DNA from: Octopus bimaculoides
Taxonomy: Eukaryota
DNA length: 64,000 nt
Direction of reading: 5' to 3'
Assembly: GCF_001194135.2 (NCBI RefSeq)
Contig: NC_068990.1
Span: forward strand, 77,987,458 to 78,051,457
Of the stretch, positions 12,186 to 24,412 are shown one piece after another. The position numbers were made by a program, and so were the translations under genes. The number at the start of each line of letters is the position of its first letter. The stretch's first letter is position 1. The notes beneath the pieces were generated by a model that was not told where the DNA came from, did no database searches, and saw only the letters and a program-made list of their open reading frames with translations.

Positions 12186-15100
12186 TTGCACACAGGCGTG
12201 GCTGTGTGGTAAGAAGCCTGCTTCCAAACATGGTTTTGAGTTTAGTCCCACTGCATGGCACCTTGGGCAAGTGTCTTCTGCAGTGTCTTCTGAGTTTATG
12301 CAAACAATGATACCCTTATGCCTATTCAACTGATTTGTGATCTTGTGCCTTTATAACTGATCACTGCTATCATGCTGAACAATAGATATTATATTATATG
12401 TTATACTCTGGAAAATTCTGCATCAGAATAGTGTACAACAACCACTTAACTACATTGATGTTAGAGACACGATGAATTTGAATATCTACTGAAGCTAATG
12501 TGGGACAGAGATTCACAGTGCAGTTTGATGAAATGTACCTTACTTGCAACCTGGAAGAGAAGAGTACTCATATAGCTAAGCCTGTCAAAGATGCATGCAG
12601 GGAGAGGAAAACATTCCACAGACACTCATTCAGCGTTCAAGCAATACTGATTTACAGAATTATGCTGAACAGTTATTGTTGCTTCAAGAATGCTTCAGGT
12701 TATCAGTAAAATCCATTATGAAGATTGCTTTTTTAATTTCCTTAAACCAAAAACTGAAAGACGTTTTCCTTTATCTCATGACTCTCGTGAAAGTGACAGT
12801 TCAGTAAACAATATTAAAAGGGCTGAAAACCTTCATTGACTTCAAGTTTCTCATAGAGAGGAAAGTAAATGTGGAGAAGGAGGTGATGCCTTCTAATGAT
12901 TTTGCTGGGAAGTTGGTAAGTGTAGTGAGAATGCCTCAAGTGGGCCTACTCTCAATAGATACCACTAAACCAGAGAACACAACAGAGAGAGAGCATTTGC
13001 CCTTGGCAGTCAGAATTTGTTTGAGCCGTAGGGATTCCTTGATAGGCCCTAGGTGACAGTACCCTATTCAGATGTTTCTTTTCATTCCTTTGGTATACTG
13101 TTGTTCTCCATAAAGAGTTTTTCTCATAATTGATTCTGTAATGTCTTCTCACTCGTTCTTGTAGTATTTAGTTACAGGTCTTTATGTTTTCAGTTCAGAT
13201 CCTGCAGAAATCAACTTTGCCTTTTATCTCTCAAAGATTAATAAAATATGGTACAATCAAGTTCTGGGGTTAATATAACCCATTCTTCTTCTCCACAAAT
13301 CTTTCATGCCTTGTGCTTAGATTAGAAACAATTATTGATAGATAATAAAGGTACTGGATTGGCACAATAGTTACAGTGTTATGTTGTGAGTTCAAATCCT
13401 GCCAAGTTCATCTTTGCACTTTCATTCTTTCTGGGTCAATAAAATAAAGGGTGCCACACAACATGAGATTGGTTTAACTAGCTTTTCTCAACCCCAAATT
13501 TCTGACCTTCTACTTATGTTAGGAACAAATATTAAGAAAATGCTTAGTGGCATTTCTTTCAACTTTACGCTCTGAGTTCAAATGTTGCTGGGGTCAACTT
13601 TGCCTTTCATCCTTCCAGGATTGATAAAATAAGTACCAGTTAAGCACTGGGGTCGATGTAATTGACTTGCACCCACCCCCAATAAAATGCTGGTCTTGTG
13701 CCAAAATGTGAAACCAATATCAAGGGTGATGGATTGGCAGAATCATTAGAGCATCAGGCAAAATGCTTTCTCATCTTTTTTCCAGCTGTTTGTTCTGTGT
13801 TCAAATCAAGCCAAAGTCAATTTTGCTTTTCATTCTCTCAGGGTAAAAAATAATGAAGTACCATTTGAGTAGTGTGCATAATGTTATTAACTAATCCTCC
13901 CCTCAAAATTGCTGATCTTGTTCCAAAATTAGAAATGATTAAAGCAATGCATTGACTGAATCATTAAGCACATAGGCAAAAGTGCCTTGCAATATTTTTA
14001 CTAGTTCTTTACATGCTGAGTTCGAATCCTTCTAAGATCATTCTGCCTTTTGTTCCTCCAGGGTTTGTAAAACAAAGTATCAGTCTAGTACCAGGGTCTG
14101 GACTGGTACTTTGATACCAACAAACCATTCCACCTAAAACTGCTGGCTTTGCACCTAAATTAGAAATGCCATGTAAAAGTAAAATGCACCCCTACTGGTG
14201 CCGGTTAAAAAGCACCCATTCTGGTGCCACGTATAAAGCATCCATGCTGGTGTCACATGCAAAGTGCCTATGCTGGTGCCACGTAAAAATTGCTCAGTGG
14301 TTGGCATTAGGAAGGGCATCTTGCCATGGAAACCATGCTGAAACAGACAAGTGGAACCTGGTGCAGTTCTTTGGCTTTCCAGCTCCTGTCAAGCCATCCA
14401 ACCCATGCCAGCATGGAAAATGGACATTAAATGGTCATGATGATGATGATGATGATGGTGATGGTGATGATGATATTCTCAACAATTTTATGCACATTTC
14501 TACACCATCACCATATGCAGTTCAGTGTTGCTGATAAAAGACACTTGTGCAGCTTTGTCTTTTGGAGATGTAGAATTAGATTGTGTACTACATCAGTTTT
14601 ACTTTATTGTAGGATCTGTTTTATTGCTTCTGTTATTTTAACCCTTTGACTGCATAATAAAATTTCATAGCCATTCCTGTAATGATGCTAATTATCCACC
14701 CAAAAAATTTGAACTGACATTTTTTACTTCAGCAATACTTTTTCAGTATCTTCTGTAGATATGGTTTTCATATCCACCACTAAAAATATTTGATTCTTGC
14801 TTTATGAAGAAATATTTGATGAAATATGTGAAAAAAATTTTTTAATCTGAATAATTGCTTTCCATAAAAAGTGTCACCAGGGTGTCTCTGCTTCTCACAG
14901 CATAAGGAGAGTTTTTTGTTTTTTTCAAAGCTGCAGAGTAAAAATACTTTCTGCATTTAACGGTAATAAAATTACGAGCAGATACATCTGCTTTCTGCAC
15001 TCAAAGGGTAACTGTTTCTTCTTTTGCACATATACGCGGTTTGTGAGTTCTGCTATTTCATTGGTTTATGACTGCATTTCATATCTGCTGTTTCAGTTGT

Positions 15101-15786
15101 GTTACATCTTTTAGCGTTGTGTGGTGATTATGCAGAATATAAAGAATATATGCCATTTGGGTTGTGTTATATTTTCAGGTGGCAATTGTGTACAGAACAT
15201 GATTTATGTGAGTTGTTGGTGATATGTAGGATGTGTTATAATATCAGGTGTTGATAATGCAAGAGTATGCTGCATTATTTTTCTGTGTGCTGATTCTATA
15301 GATTATGTTCCATGTGGATTGTGTTATATTATAAGGTGATAATTGTGTAGAATATTTGAATGCATGCTATGACAGTTGTGCTATTGAATTGAAAGTGTCT
15401 TGTTTAGATTGTGAAGTATGCCTTGCAGAACTATTTTCTGGAATGAGTTTGAGCCATGCTATGATTATTATCATTATTATTATTAGTTGGTCGATTAGGG
15501 CAGTGAGCTGGCAGAAATACTAGCATGCTAGGCAAAATCCTAAGGTGGCAAGCTGGCAAAATGATTACCATGCTGGGCAAAATGCTTAGTGGCATTTGTT
15601 CTGTCTTTGTTCTGAGTTCAAATTCCACCGAGGTCAACTTTGTCTTTCATCCTTTCGGAGTGAATAAAATAAGTACCAATCGAGCACCAGGGTTGATGTA
15701 ATTGATTTATCCCCACACTCGCAATTTTTGGCCCTGTGCTGACAGTTGAGACCATTATATTAGCTGGTGCGGTGACAGAATTATTG

Positions 15787-17080
15787 TTAGGTTGTCAAGA
15801 AAGTTCTTGCGGTTTTTAACCTTTAAATTCAGATGCGCATATCTCGGCTCAAACAAAACTTTATTAATCAAAATAAACACCATCAGAATCAACACACTTT
15901 TGCCAACGTGAAACAAGTTTATTTATGCCAGTAGCATAAAAATCCTGCATTCTGGTGGCAATGAAGTCGTTGAAGGCGTGTTTGGCATTGTCTTGGTTTT
16001 TGAAGCATTTCTCAAGCAGGAAGTTGTCAAGATGCTTGGAAAAGTGGTAGTCGGTAGGTGAGAGGTCTGGTGAGTATGGCAGATGAGGCAGAGTTCTGTA
16101 GCCCAATTCGTTCAACTTCTGCAGGGTCAGTTGTGCGACGTGCAGCTGAGCATTGTCATGGGGAAGAATTGGTCCTTTTCTATTGACTAATGCTGGCTGT
16201 TGTTGTCGGAGTTTCTTATGCATTTCATCCATTTGCTGACAGTACTTCTCCACCGTAATGGTTTTGCCTGGATCTAAAAAGCTGTGATAGATGATCCGGC
16301 TGCAGACCACCAAACAGTCACCATGACCTTCTTCTGGTGCAACTTTGGCTTTGGGAAGTGCCGTAGAGCTTCATCAGTGTCCAACCACTGAACTGAGCAT
16401 CACTGGTTGGCATAAAGAATCCACTTTTCATTGCAAGTCACAATCCGGTCGAGAAACGGGTCGTTCTTGTTGCGTAAAAGAAGAGAAGACAACACTTCAA
16501 AACAGAATTTTCTTTTTGTTGTCATTCAATTTGTGCAACACCCATTTCTCAAGTATTTTTGTTTTTCTAATCTATTTCAAGAGGCTGGAAATTGTCATAT
16601 ATGTTACATCTAATTCAGAAGCATGCTCTCGAACAGTTGTGTGTGGATTGGCTTCAACTAAGGCTCTTAGCTGTTCGTTGTCAACATCCGATGGCCAACC
16701 ACTACGCTTACCATCTTCAAGACTCTCGTCACCGCTATGAAATTTCTTGAACCACCATTGTATTGTACGTTCATTAATGGTTTAATGGTTCCTTGGGCCA
16801 AACGCATCATTGATATCAGGAGCTGTTTTAGCAGCTTTCGGCCTAGCTTGAACTGGAATAAGAAAATTGTGTGAATTTGCTTTTTGTCTGCGTGGTATTC
16901 AATGTTCCGGAAAAAATAGCCTAATTATTCAAAAAGAAAAAGATTAACATGATTAGATAGAGTGAAAAACGGGCTTTAAAATGATATATAAATTCAAAGT
17001 AATTTAGCAAAAATTAATTTGAAAATACATCATTTAAAACCAAAATTAAAAATTCCACAAGAACTTTCTTGATAACCTAA
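15787..17080 (-). mobile_element. Full-length (1294 bp) degenerate mariner, Hsmar1/cecropia-like D,D34D transposase
   Basis: TIRs ttaggttgtcaagaaagttcttgcgg (15787) and ccacaagaactttcttgataacctaa (ends 17080). TA follows the right TIR; TG precedes the left. Transposase reads DKKQIHTIFLFQFKLGRKAA...ERTIQWWFKKF...KWVLHKL...HDNA...YSPDLSPTDYHF...RWQKCVDSDGVYFD*, with stops and indels. Confidence 0.95.
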
Positions 17081-17139
17081 TAGAACATCAGACAAAATGC
17101 CTTGCTTTATTTATTCAGGTTCTTTATGTTCTAAGTTCA

Positions 17140-18375
17140 ACTATTATAAAATAACCACAATTGGACTAGGAAAGTATTTGGAAACAAAAAGTGGAAGACT
17201 ACTACATGTAATAAAGCAACACAAGAAAAAGAAAACGCTTTTCTCTATACACAAGGAGGCAACAAAATACAAAACAGAAGCAAACTACATTGATACATTG
17301 ACTTCAGATGACAATATAGCAAAAATGGTCAAAGAGACAAAAAAACAACATGAAAACAGAATAACAAAAGGTAATGAAGAAGAAATGGAGAGAAAAATCA
17401 CTCCATAGTCAATACCCTCCAAGGCTTGACAGAAAGGAAGTGAACTTAAGTAAAAGCCAACAATGGCTCAAAAGCTCTAGACTAAAAGCTGAAACAGAAG
17501 GACTGATTTTCAATGCACAAGACCAATGCCTGACTACAAACAATTATAAAAGCAAAATAATGAAAATAGGTCTCAGCACCAAATGCAGTATGTGCAACTA
17601 ACACAATGAGACAGTTGACCACATCATCTCTGGTTGCCCAGTCCTTGCCAAATCTGAGTGTATATACAAACATGACCAAGTAAGTAGTTATATTCACTGA
17701 ACAATATGCCAACACTACAACATTAGAACTGACAATAGGTGGTGTAAACATGTGCTAAACAACGTACAAGACAACAACCAGACCGAAATCATCTGGGATA
17801 TGCCAGTTGAAACTGATGAAGAAATAAAAGCTAATCACCCAGACATAATAATCAAGAATTTGGAGAAAAAAAACACCTACTCACTGATAGACATTGCAGA
17901 CCCTTCTGATCAAAATATTGTCTAAAAAGAAGTGGAGAAATTTTCAAAGTACAAAGACATCGAAATTGAAGTATTCAAGATGTTGAGCATGAAGGTGAAA
18001 ACAATATCAATAATAATTGGAGCATCAGGCATGATAAAAAAACTTATGAATGAAAATGGAGAAGTCATACCTGGATCCTCAATACTACACACTATCCAAA
18101 AAATAGCTCTGCTAGGAACAGCCGACATCCTACACAAGATACTATCGATTCAATAATAAAACCTACACAAAATAACCCACAAACACAAGACACTCTATAC
18201 AGCAATTATCCAACGAAATAAAATTTCACCAGCAAGCCAAATAACTAACACATTACATACTCAACACACAATACCACCAATAATACAACAAAAAACTGCA
18301 CCACACCTCAAGAGACAAAAAAAACAAAACTGATGCAATACAATACCAAGAAGAGTTTGCACACTCTCAACAACA

Positions 18376-18412
<37 letters not shown>
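17140..18412 (+). mobile_element. R4/Dong-like RLE LINE 3' portion with A/C-rich 3' UTR and (AAT)n tail
   Basis: WLKSSRLKAETEGLIFNAQDQCL; CSMCN*HNETVDHIISGC; NHPDIII..LIDIADP..EKFSKYKDIEIE..QKIALLGTADIL. Ends in (AAT)n at about 18377-18412. Confidence 0.9.
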
Positions 18413-18415
<3 letters not shown>

Positions 18416-18696
18416 TTTCTGTATGTTATATATATTTGTAAGTCCTGGTGTTTTTGTTATGTATTTGTCTGAATATTTTTTTATTATACCTAAGGCACCT
18501 ACTATGATAGGAATTGTTCCTGTTTTTAGATTCCACATTCGAGTTAGACCTGGAAATAGAGATAACTCGAATGTGGAATCTAAAAACAGAAACAATTCCT
18601 ATCATAGTAGGTGCCTTAGGTATAATAAAAAAATATTCAGACAAATACATAACAAAAACACCAGGACTTACAAATATATATAACATACAGAAAATT
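18413..18696. repeat. Near-perfect fold-back inverted repeat: 134-bp arms (18413-18546 and 18563-18696), 16-nt loop
   Basis: Manual reverse-complement comparison shows one mismatch across the arms. The ORF track gives nearly the same peptide on both strands. Confidence 0.95.
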
Positions 18697-18870
18697 GCAC
18701 TACTGGGTACTGCACACATTCTACGCAAAACACTTTCAATACAGTAAACATAAGAGCACCACAGCAAACCACAGCACATACCCAAGGCGCACAGAGCTGC
18801 GCTCGGTAGTGAAGTGAAAGCACGTTATAAAAATAAAACTACTGAATAATAATAATAATAATAATAACGA
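18547..18870 (+). mobile_element. Short 5'-truncated R4/Dong-like LINE copy with intact ORF end, 3' UTR and (AAT)n tail
   Basis: DLEIEITRMWNLKTETIPIIVGALGIIKK...IQKIALLGTAHILRKTLSIQ* with no internal stops, then a 3' UTR and (AAT)n from about 18845. Confidence 0.88.
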
Positions 18871-19253
18871 TAATGTTAAAGCAGCAGCAAGCTGGCAGAA
18901 TCATTAACACTTCGAACAAAATGCTTAGCAGTATTTATTCTGCCTTTACATCCTGAGTTTAAAGGCCACCAAAGTTGACTTTGCCTTTCATCTATCAGGG
19001 TTGATGAAATAAGTACTAGTCAAGTACTGGGGTCAAAGAGCCCCTGCTCGCCAAAGTTTTAGCTCTTGTGCCTATAGCAGAAAGGATACTTCTTCTCCCG
19101 TCACTACGTTCTGAGTTCAAATTCCACCGAGGTAGACTTTGACATTCATCCTTTCAGGGTTGATAAATTAAATACCAGTGAAACACTGGGGGTCAATGTA
19201 ATCAACTGGTCTCCTCCCCTCAAATTTCAGTCCTTGTGCCTTTAGTAGAAAGG

Positions 19254-19344
<91 letters not shown>

Positions 19345-19596
19345 TGGCAGAATCGTTAGCACGTCAGGCAAAAGAGTTAGTGGTCTTTCATCCACCATTA
19401 GGTTTTGGGTTCAAATTCCGCCAAGGTTGACTTTGCCTTTCATCCTTTCAGGGTCAATAAAATGAGTACCAGTTATGTACTGGGGTTGATGTAATCAACT
19501 TAATCCCTTCCCCCAAAGTTTGTGGCCTTGTGCTTCCAACAGAAAGGATTATTATTATTTTCATTATTATTATTATTATTTTCATTATTATTATTA

Positions 19597-19636
<40 letters not shown>

Positions 19637-20123
19637 GCTTCCCAACCATGTGGCTCTGGGTTCAGTCCCACTGCATAGCACCTTGGGCAAGTGTCTTCTA
19701 CTATAGCCTAGGACCAACTAAAGCCTTATGTGTAGATCTGGTAGATGGAAACTGAAAGAAGCCCATCATATATATGTGCATGTGTCTATGTGTCTTGACG
19801 TCTGTGTTTGTCCCCTTCCACCACTTGATAACCAATGTTGGTACGTTTATGTTCCCATAACTTAGCAGTTTGGTAAAAAGAGACTAATAGAATAAGTACC
19901 AGGCTTAAAAAAAAGGAAAATAAGTCCTGGAGCAGATTTGTTCAACTAAAAGCATTCAAGGCAGTGCTCCAGCATGGCCACAATCAAACGAATGAAACAA
20001 GTAAAAGATAGAAGATAAAAGATAGTTGCAAGTGAGAAGTGTCAAGCATCTCAACCAAATGTAAAAATTTTATGCAGCCTTGACCTTTTGTGTGTGCACG
20101 TGCATGCATGTGTGTGTGTGTGT

Positions 20124-20161
<38 letters not shown>

Positions 20162-20640
20162 CTGTGTGTGTGTGTGTGTGCGCGCGTGCGTGAGTGTGTG
20201 TGTATGTGTTTACCTCATGATGTATTTTCTTTTTATCTTCTATGTAAAATTAGTTTCTGACAAAAGCATAAGGTCAAATTTCATGGTTAGATGTCAATTC
20301 ATCGAAAACAGATGATAAAATAAAGAATCAACGATGATGAAAATCAGTTGCTTGAATAAATAATTCCTCAACGTAACAGCTGCTCAAACCAGTAAATAAT
20401 TGAATTATAAATAAATATTCAAAATATAAAAAATAGGTTGAGAGAAAAGATGTAATAGAGTCATCTTGTTACTGACTTATTTTTTTAATAACTAAAATGT
20501 TAATTTGAAGCACAGGCACAAACACACGTCTTAGTGGTTAGGATGTTGGAATCATGATCATAACTTGGTGGTTTTAATTCCTGGACCAGGTGATGTGTTG
20601 TGTTCTTGAATAAAACACTTCATTTCACATTGCTCCAGTC

Positions 20641-20925
20641 CAGAGGTTTTCAAACTTTTTGACTTGCAGACCCCTTTATATTTCAGGCTTTACCTTATAA
20701 ACGCTTATGAAATTTAAACATAAATATTTGCTTAAAATAACATATATTTTTACATTTATTTATTTAACAGTATTTAACAAACAGGTTTATTGTCAATTAA
20801 AAGATTTCGATTAAAAAACATATATAAAATCAAATTGCCCATAAAAAGTATTTGCTGTCCACGGACCCCCTGTCTTGTCCTTGCGGATCCCCTGTGGTCT
20901 GTGGACCACAGTTTGAAAACCCCTG
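20641..20925. mobile_element. hAT-type MITE (285 bp) inserted into a SINE
   Basis: TIRs cagaggttttcaaact / agtttgaaaacccctg and a perfect 8-bp TSD ctccagtc (20633-20640, 20926-20933). An uninterrupted paralogous SINE site is visible at about 54560-54590. Confidence 0.92.
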
Positions 20926-21095
20926 CTCCAGTCCACTCAGCTGGCAAAAGTGAGTAATCCAGCAACCGACTAGCATCCCATCCAGGTGGAGAATATATAT
21001 GCCATTGAAACCAGGAAACTGGCACTATTCATGTATATGACTTGGGAAGGATCTATATCCCTTTTTCTAAAATATTAAACCATATGTAATGTCAT

Positions 21096-21392
21096 GGAGG
21101 CGCAATAGCCCAGTGATTAGGGCAGTGGACTCGCGGTCAGAGGATCGCGGTTTCGATTCCCAGACCAGGCGTTGTGAGTGTTTATTGAGCGAAAACACCT
21201 AAGCTCCATGAGGCTCCGGCAGGGGGTGGTGGCGACCCTTGTTGTATTCTTTCGCCCCAACTTTCTCTCACTCTTTCTTCCTGTTTCTTGAGTAACACTG
21301 CGATGGACTGGCATCCCGTCCAGCTGGTGGTAACACATACGCCATAGAAACCGGGAAACTGGGCCCATGAGCCTGGCTAGGCTTTGAAAGGG
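21096..21392 (+). mobile_element. SINE family C (tRNA-derived head ggaggcgcaatagcccagtgattagggcagtggactc)
   Basis: A-box/B-box-like head. Copies at 8810-9110(+), 38545-38925(-, different 3' part) and 45820-45880(-). Contains gcgatggactggcatcccgtccag. Confidence 0.85.
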
Positions 21393-21541
21393 AGACATTT
21401 TTTTACATTTATATGTAATGTCATGTTATAGATAATGGGTGTATGGTTAATGAAGATACTTTGAGCCAGTGTCTTCTACTATAGCCCAAGGTCAGCCATT
21501 GCCTTGTGAGGGAATATGGGAGACAGATAGTGCACAGAAGC

Positions 21542-21579
<38 letters not shown>

Positions 21580-21771
21580 GTCTACATAAAAGGCATTGTA
21601 AAGTACAGCATTTAACATTTTTGCCAAACTGCTAGTTTACAGGTGTACAAACAAGCCAGTACTGGTTGTTCATTGGTAAGAGACAAACACAAAGATGAGT
21701 GCACAAACATACACTCATGCACAAACACACATATATACATGTATATGTATGTATATATATGTGTATGTATG

Positions 21772-21854
<83 letters not shown>

Positions 21855-22197
21855 GTGTGTGTATGTGTGCAAGCGTGTTGCACGCATGTGTGTGTGTGTA
21901 TGTGAGTATGTATGTGGGTATGTATATATCTTTTGGTGAATGTGTGGGTGAGCATGTGTGTGTTTCAAGTGAGGGTCGATGAGTATATACATATAAGTGC
22001 ATATACGTGGGTGTGCGGGCGCGCATGTGTATGTATGGACTGGTGTGCTTACGCGAATACTATGGACATTTTTACTCCCTTACCTTTACTCCCTCCCCTC
22101 ACTTAGCGGTCATTCTAATTGCTCTTTTGTCTTAATAACAGTCAATTATACAGTAATTTCCCTTTGTTTAACAGTCATTTTCATAGCATTTTTTCAA

Positions 22198-22270
22198 TGG
22201 CCAGATAACTGAAGAGATGGCTGCGTGGATTTCACCCTGGCATCCGAAACTCAGAGTTTTATCATGGCTA
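22198..22270 (+). ncRNA. Type I hammerhead ribozyme motif with intact catalytic core, predicted cleavage GUU after 22258
   Basis: CUGAAGA at 22209-22215 and GAAA at 22246-22249. Stem III ACUC-A-GAGU, H17=U. Stem I UGGCCAGAUAA/UUAUC(A)UGGCUA has 11 bp with one bulge. Stem II G-C plus AUG/CAU with a bulged C and a longer apical hairpin. Folded by hand. Confidence 0.75.
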
Positions 22271-22385
22271 CCGACTAATTGTCACATATTATTTACAGAT
22301 ATCAAACTTAAAAATAAATACTGAGTTTGATTTGATTAATTAAGTAAAAGAAATACGCAGATATAAAAGAGTGTGTGTGTGTTTC

Positions 22386-22417
<32 letters not shown>

Positions 22418-22587
22418 CATGTGTGCGTGCATGTGTAAGTGAGTGTCTTTCATATTTACATTTACAGCCTAAAATCACCAGTTCTCTAAATATAAACATG
22501 ACAGACATGGGCACACACTCACACACACACAAACACACACATACACTCACACACACACACTCACACACACACTCACACACACACACG

Positions 22588-22632
<45 letters not shown>

Positions 22633-22998
22633 CTACATTGGTTTTTGCATTTTTAATAAGAAAGTTATCTCAGTAAAATGTGACACTGTAACCTTATTTC
22701 AATGTTTGTTCTTTTGAGCAACTGTTACTTTGATCAATCAATATTGATCAATTGCTTTATTTTGTTTGTTCTTTTTTCTGTCAACTATTTTTGATAAATT
22801 GTACTTTGGTTGACTGATTTCCATCAGCTGTCAAAGACATGTGCTGTATGGTAAAAACTTTGTTTCTCAACCACATGGTTCCAGTTTCAGTTCCACAGTG
22901 CAACACCCTGGGCAAGTGTCTTCGACTATAGCCCTGGGTCAATCAAAGCCTTGTGGGTGGATATGGTAGATAGAAACTGAAAGAAGCCAGTCATTTAC

Positions 22999-23039
<41 letters not shown>

Positions 23040-23491
23040 NNNNNNNNNNATGTATGCGTGTATGTATGTATGTATATACGTATGTATATATAGATGTATG
23101 TATGTATATTCATGTATGTGTGTATGTATGTATGCGTGTATGTATGTATGTATATATAGTCCCAAAATAAAGAAAACACAAAGATGAGGTGAAAAAATAA
23201 CAAATGGAGCATCTTAGTGTCTCTGTTTGTCCCCACCACTGCTTGAAACTGGTGTTGGTTTGTTTATGTCCCTATGATATAGTGGTTTGGCAAAAAGAGA
23301 CTGATAGAATAAGTACCCGGCTTTAAAAAAAATAGATGTTTGGGTTGATTTCTTGACTAATCCTTCAAGACAAGTGCTTCAGCTTCGCCAGAGTTCAATG
23401 ATTGACACAAGTGAATGATAAAAGACAAAATAAGATATCGAATTTTATAGTAAAACAAGTACAATCAACTGAATTGAATCGCATTCCAATA

Positions 23492-24412
23492 TATTGGATC
23501 ATCCCATGAATAATGTAGATTTTTCAATTGCATGAACTAAAAGTCAGAGGGGGATGGGATAAACTACCTGCATGAACTTGCTATAAAAGCAGGTAGTAAT
23601 TTTACCTTGACCTTATTCTTAGTGCAAGTTTTGAAAAGTGCAGTTCAATTTTAACAGTTATTTTTTTCAAAGCCATAGTGGAAGTGACAAAGGAGCATAT
23701 TCGACATATTTTACTTAATGAATTCAATAAAGGTAACAACACAATGGAAAGTGCAAGGAATAGTAATGCAGTACATGGAGATTGAACAGTAAGTGCAAGC
23801 CAGTGTCAACGGTGGTTCCAGAAATTCCGAGCTGGAAACTGCAATCTAGAGGACAAGCCTCAACTTGGAAGATCTGTAGAGCTCGATGAGGATGTCCTGC
23901 AAATCCTGGTGGAACAAAATCCTATCGTAACTGTTGAGGAAGTAGCAGAGAAGCTTGGATTTGCTCATTCAATCATCCATCAACACCTCCATGCCATCAG
24001 AAAATGACCATCTTCAGTTTCAAGACAAAATGTGTTCTTCCATCAGGAGAATGCTCAGCCACATACAGTGAGGATGACATTCTAAAGACTGGAGCAGTTT
24101 GACTAGGAAACGATGCCCCACCTACCATATTCGCTGATCATTGCCCTATCATTTATTCTGCAGTCTTCAGAATCATTTGGATGGGAAAATATGAATTCTG
24201 TAGACAAAGTCAGAACAGTACCGGAGGAGTATTTTTCGTCACACACAAGTGAATTTTGGAAGAGGGGCCTTGCAAGTCTACCAGAGAGTTGAAAGAGCAT
24301 TGTAGAAAATGAAGGAGAGTATATTTTAGATTAAAAAAGAACTTTGTTTATCTTAATTATGAAAAATAAAGGAAGTAAAAAAAAGACGCATTATTTATGG
24401 GATAACCCAATA
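23492..24412 (+). mobile_element. Internally deleted mariner transposon (921 bp)
   Basis: TA-flanked TIRs tattggatcatcccatgaataatg / cattatttatgggataacccaata. Remnant ORF reads KEHIRHILLNEFNKG...QRWFQKFRAGNCNLEDKP...[deletion]...FHQENAQPHT...PHLPYS...ENEGEYILD*. Confidence 0.88.
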
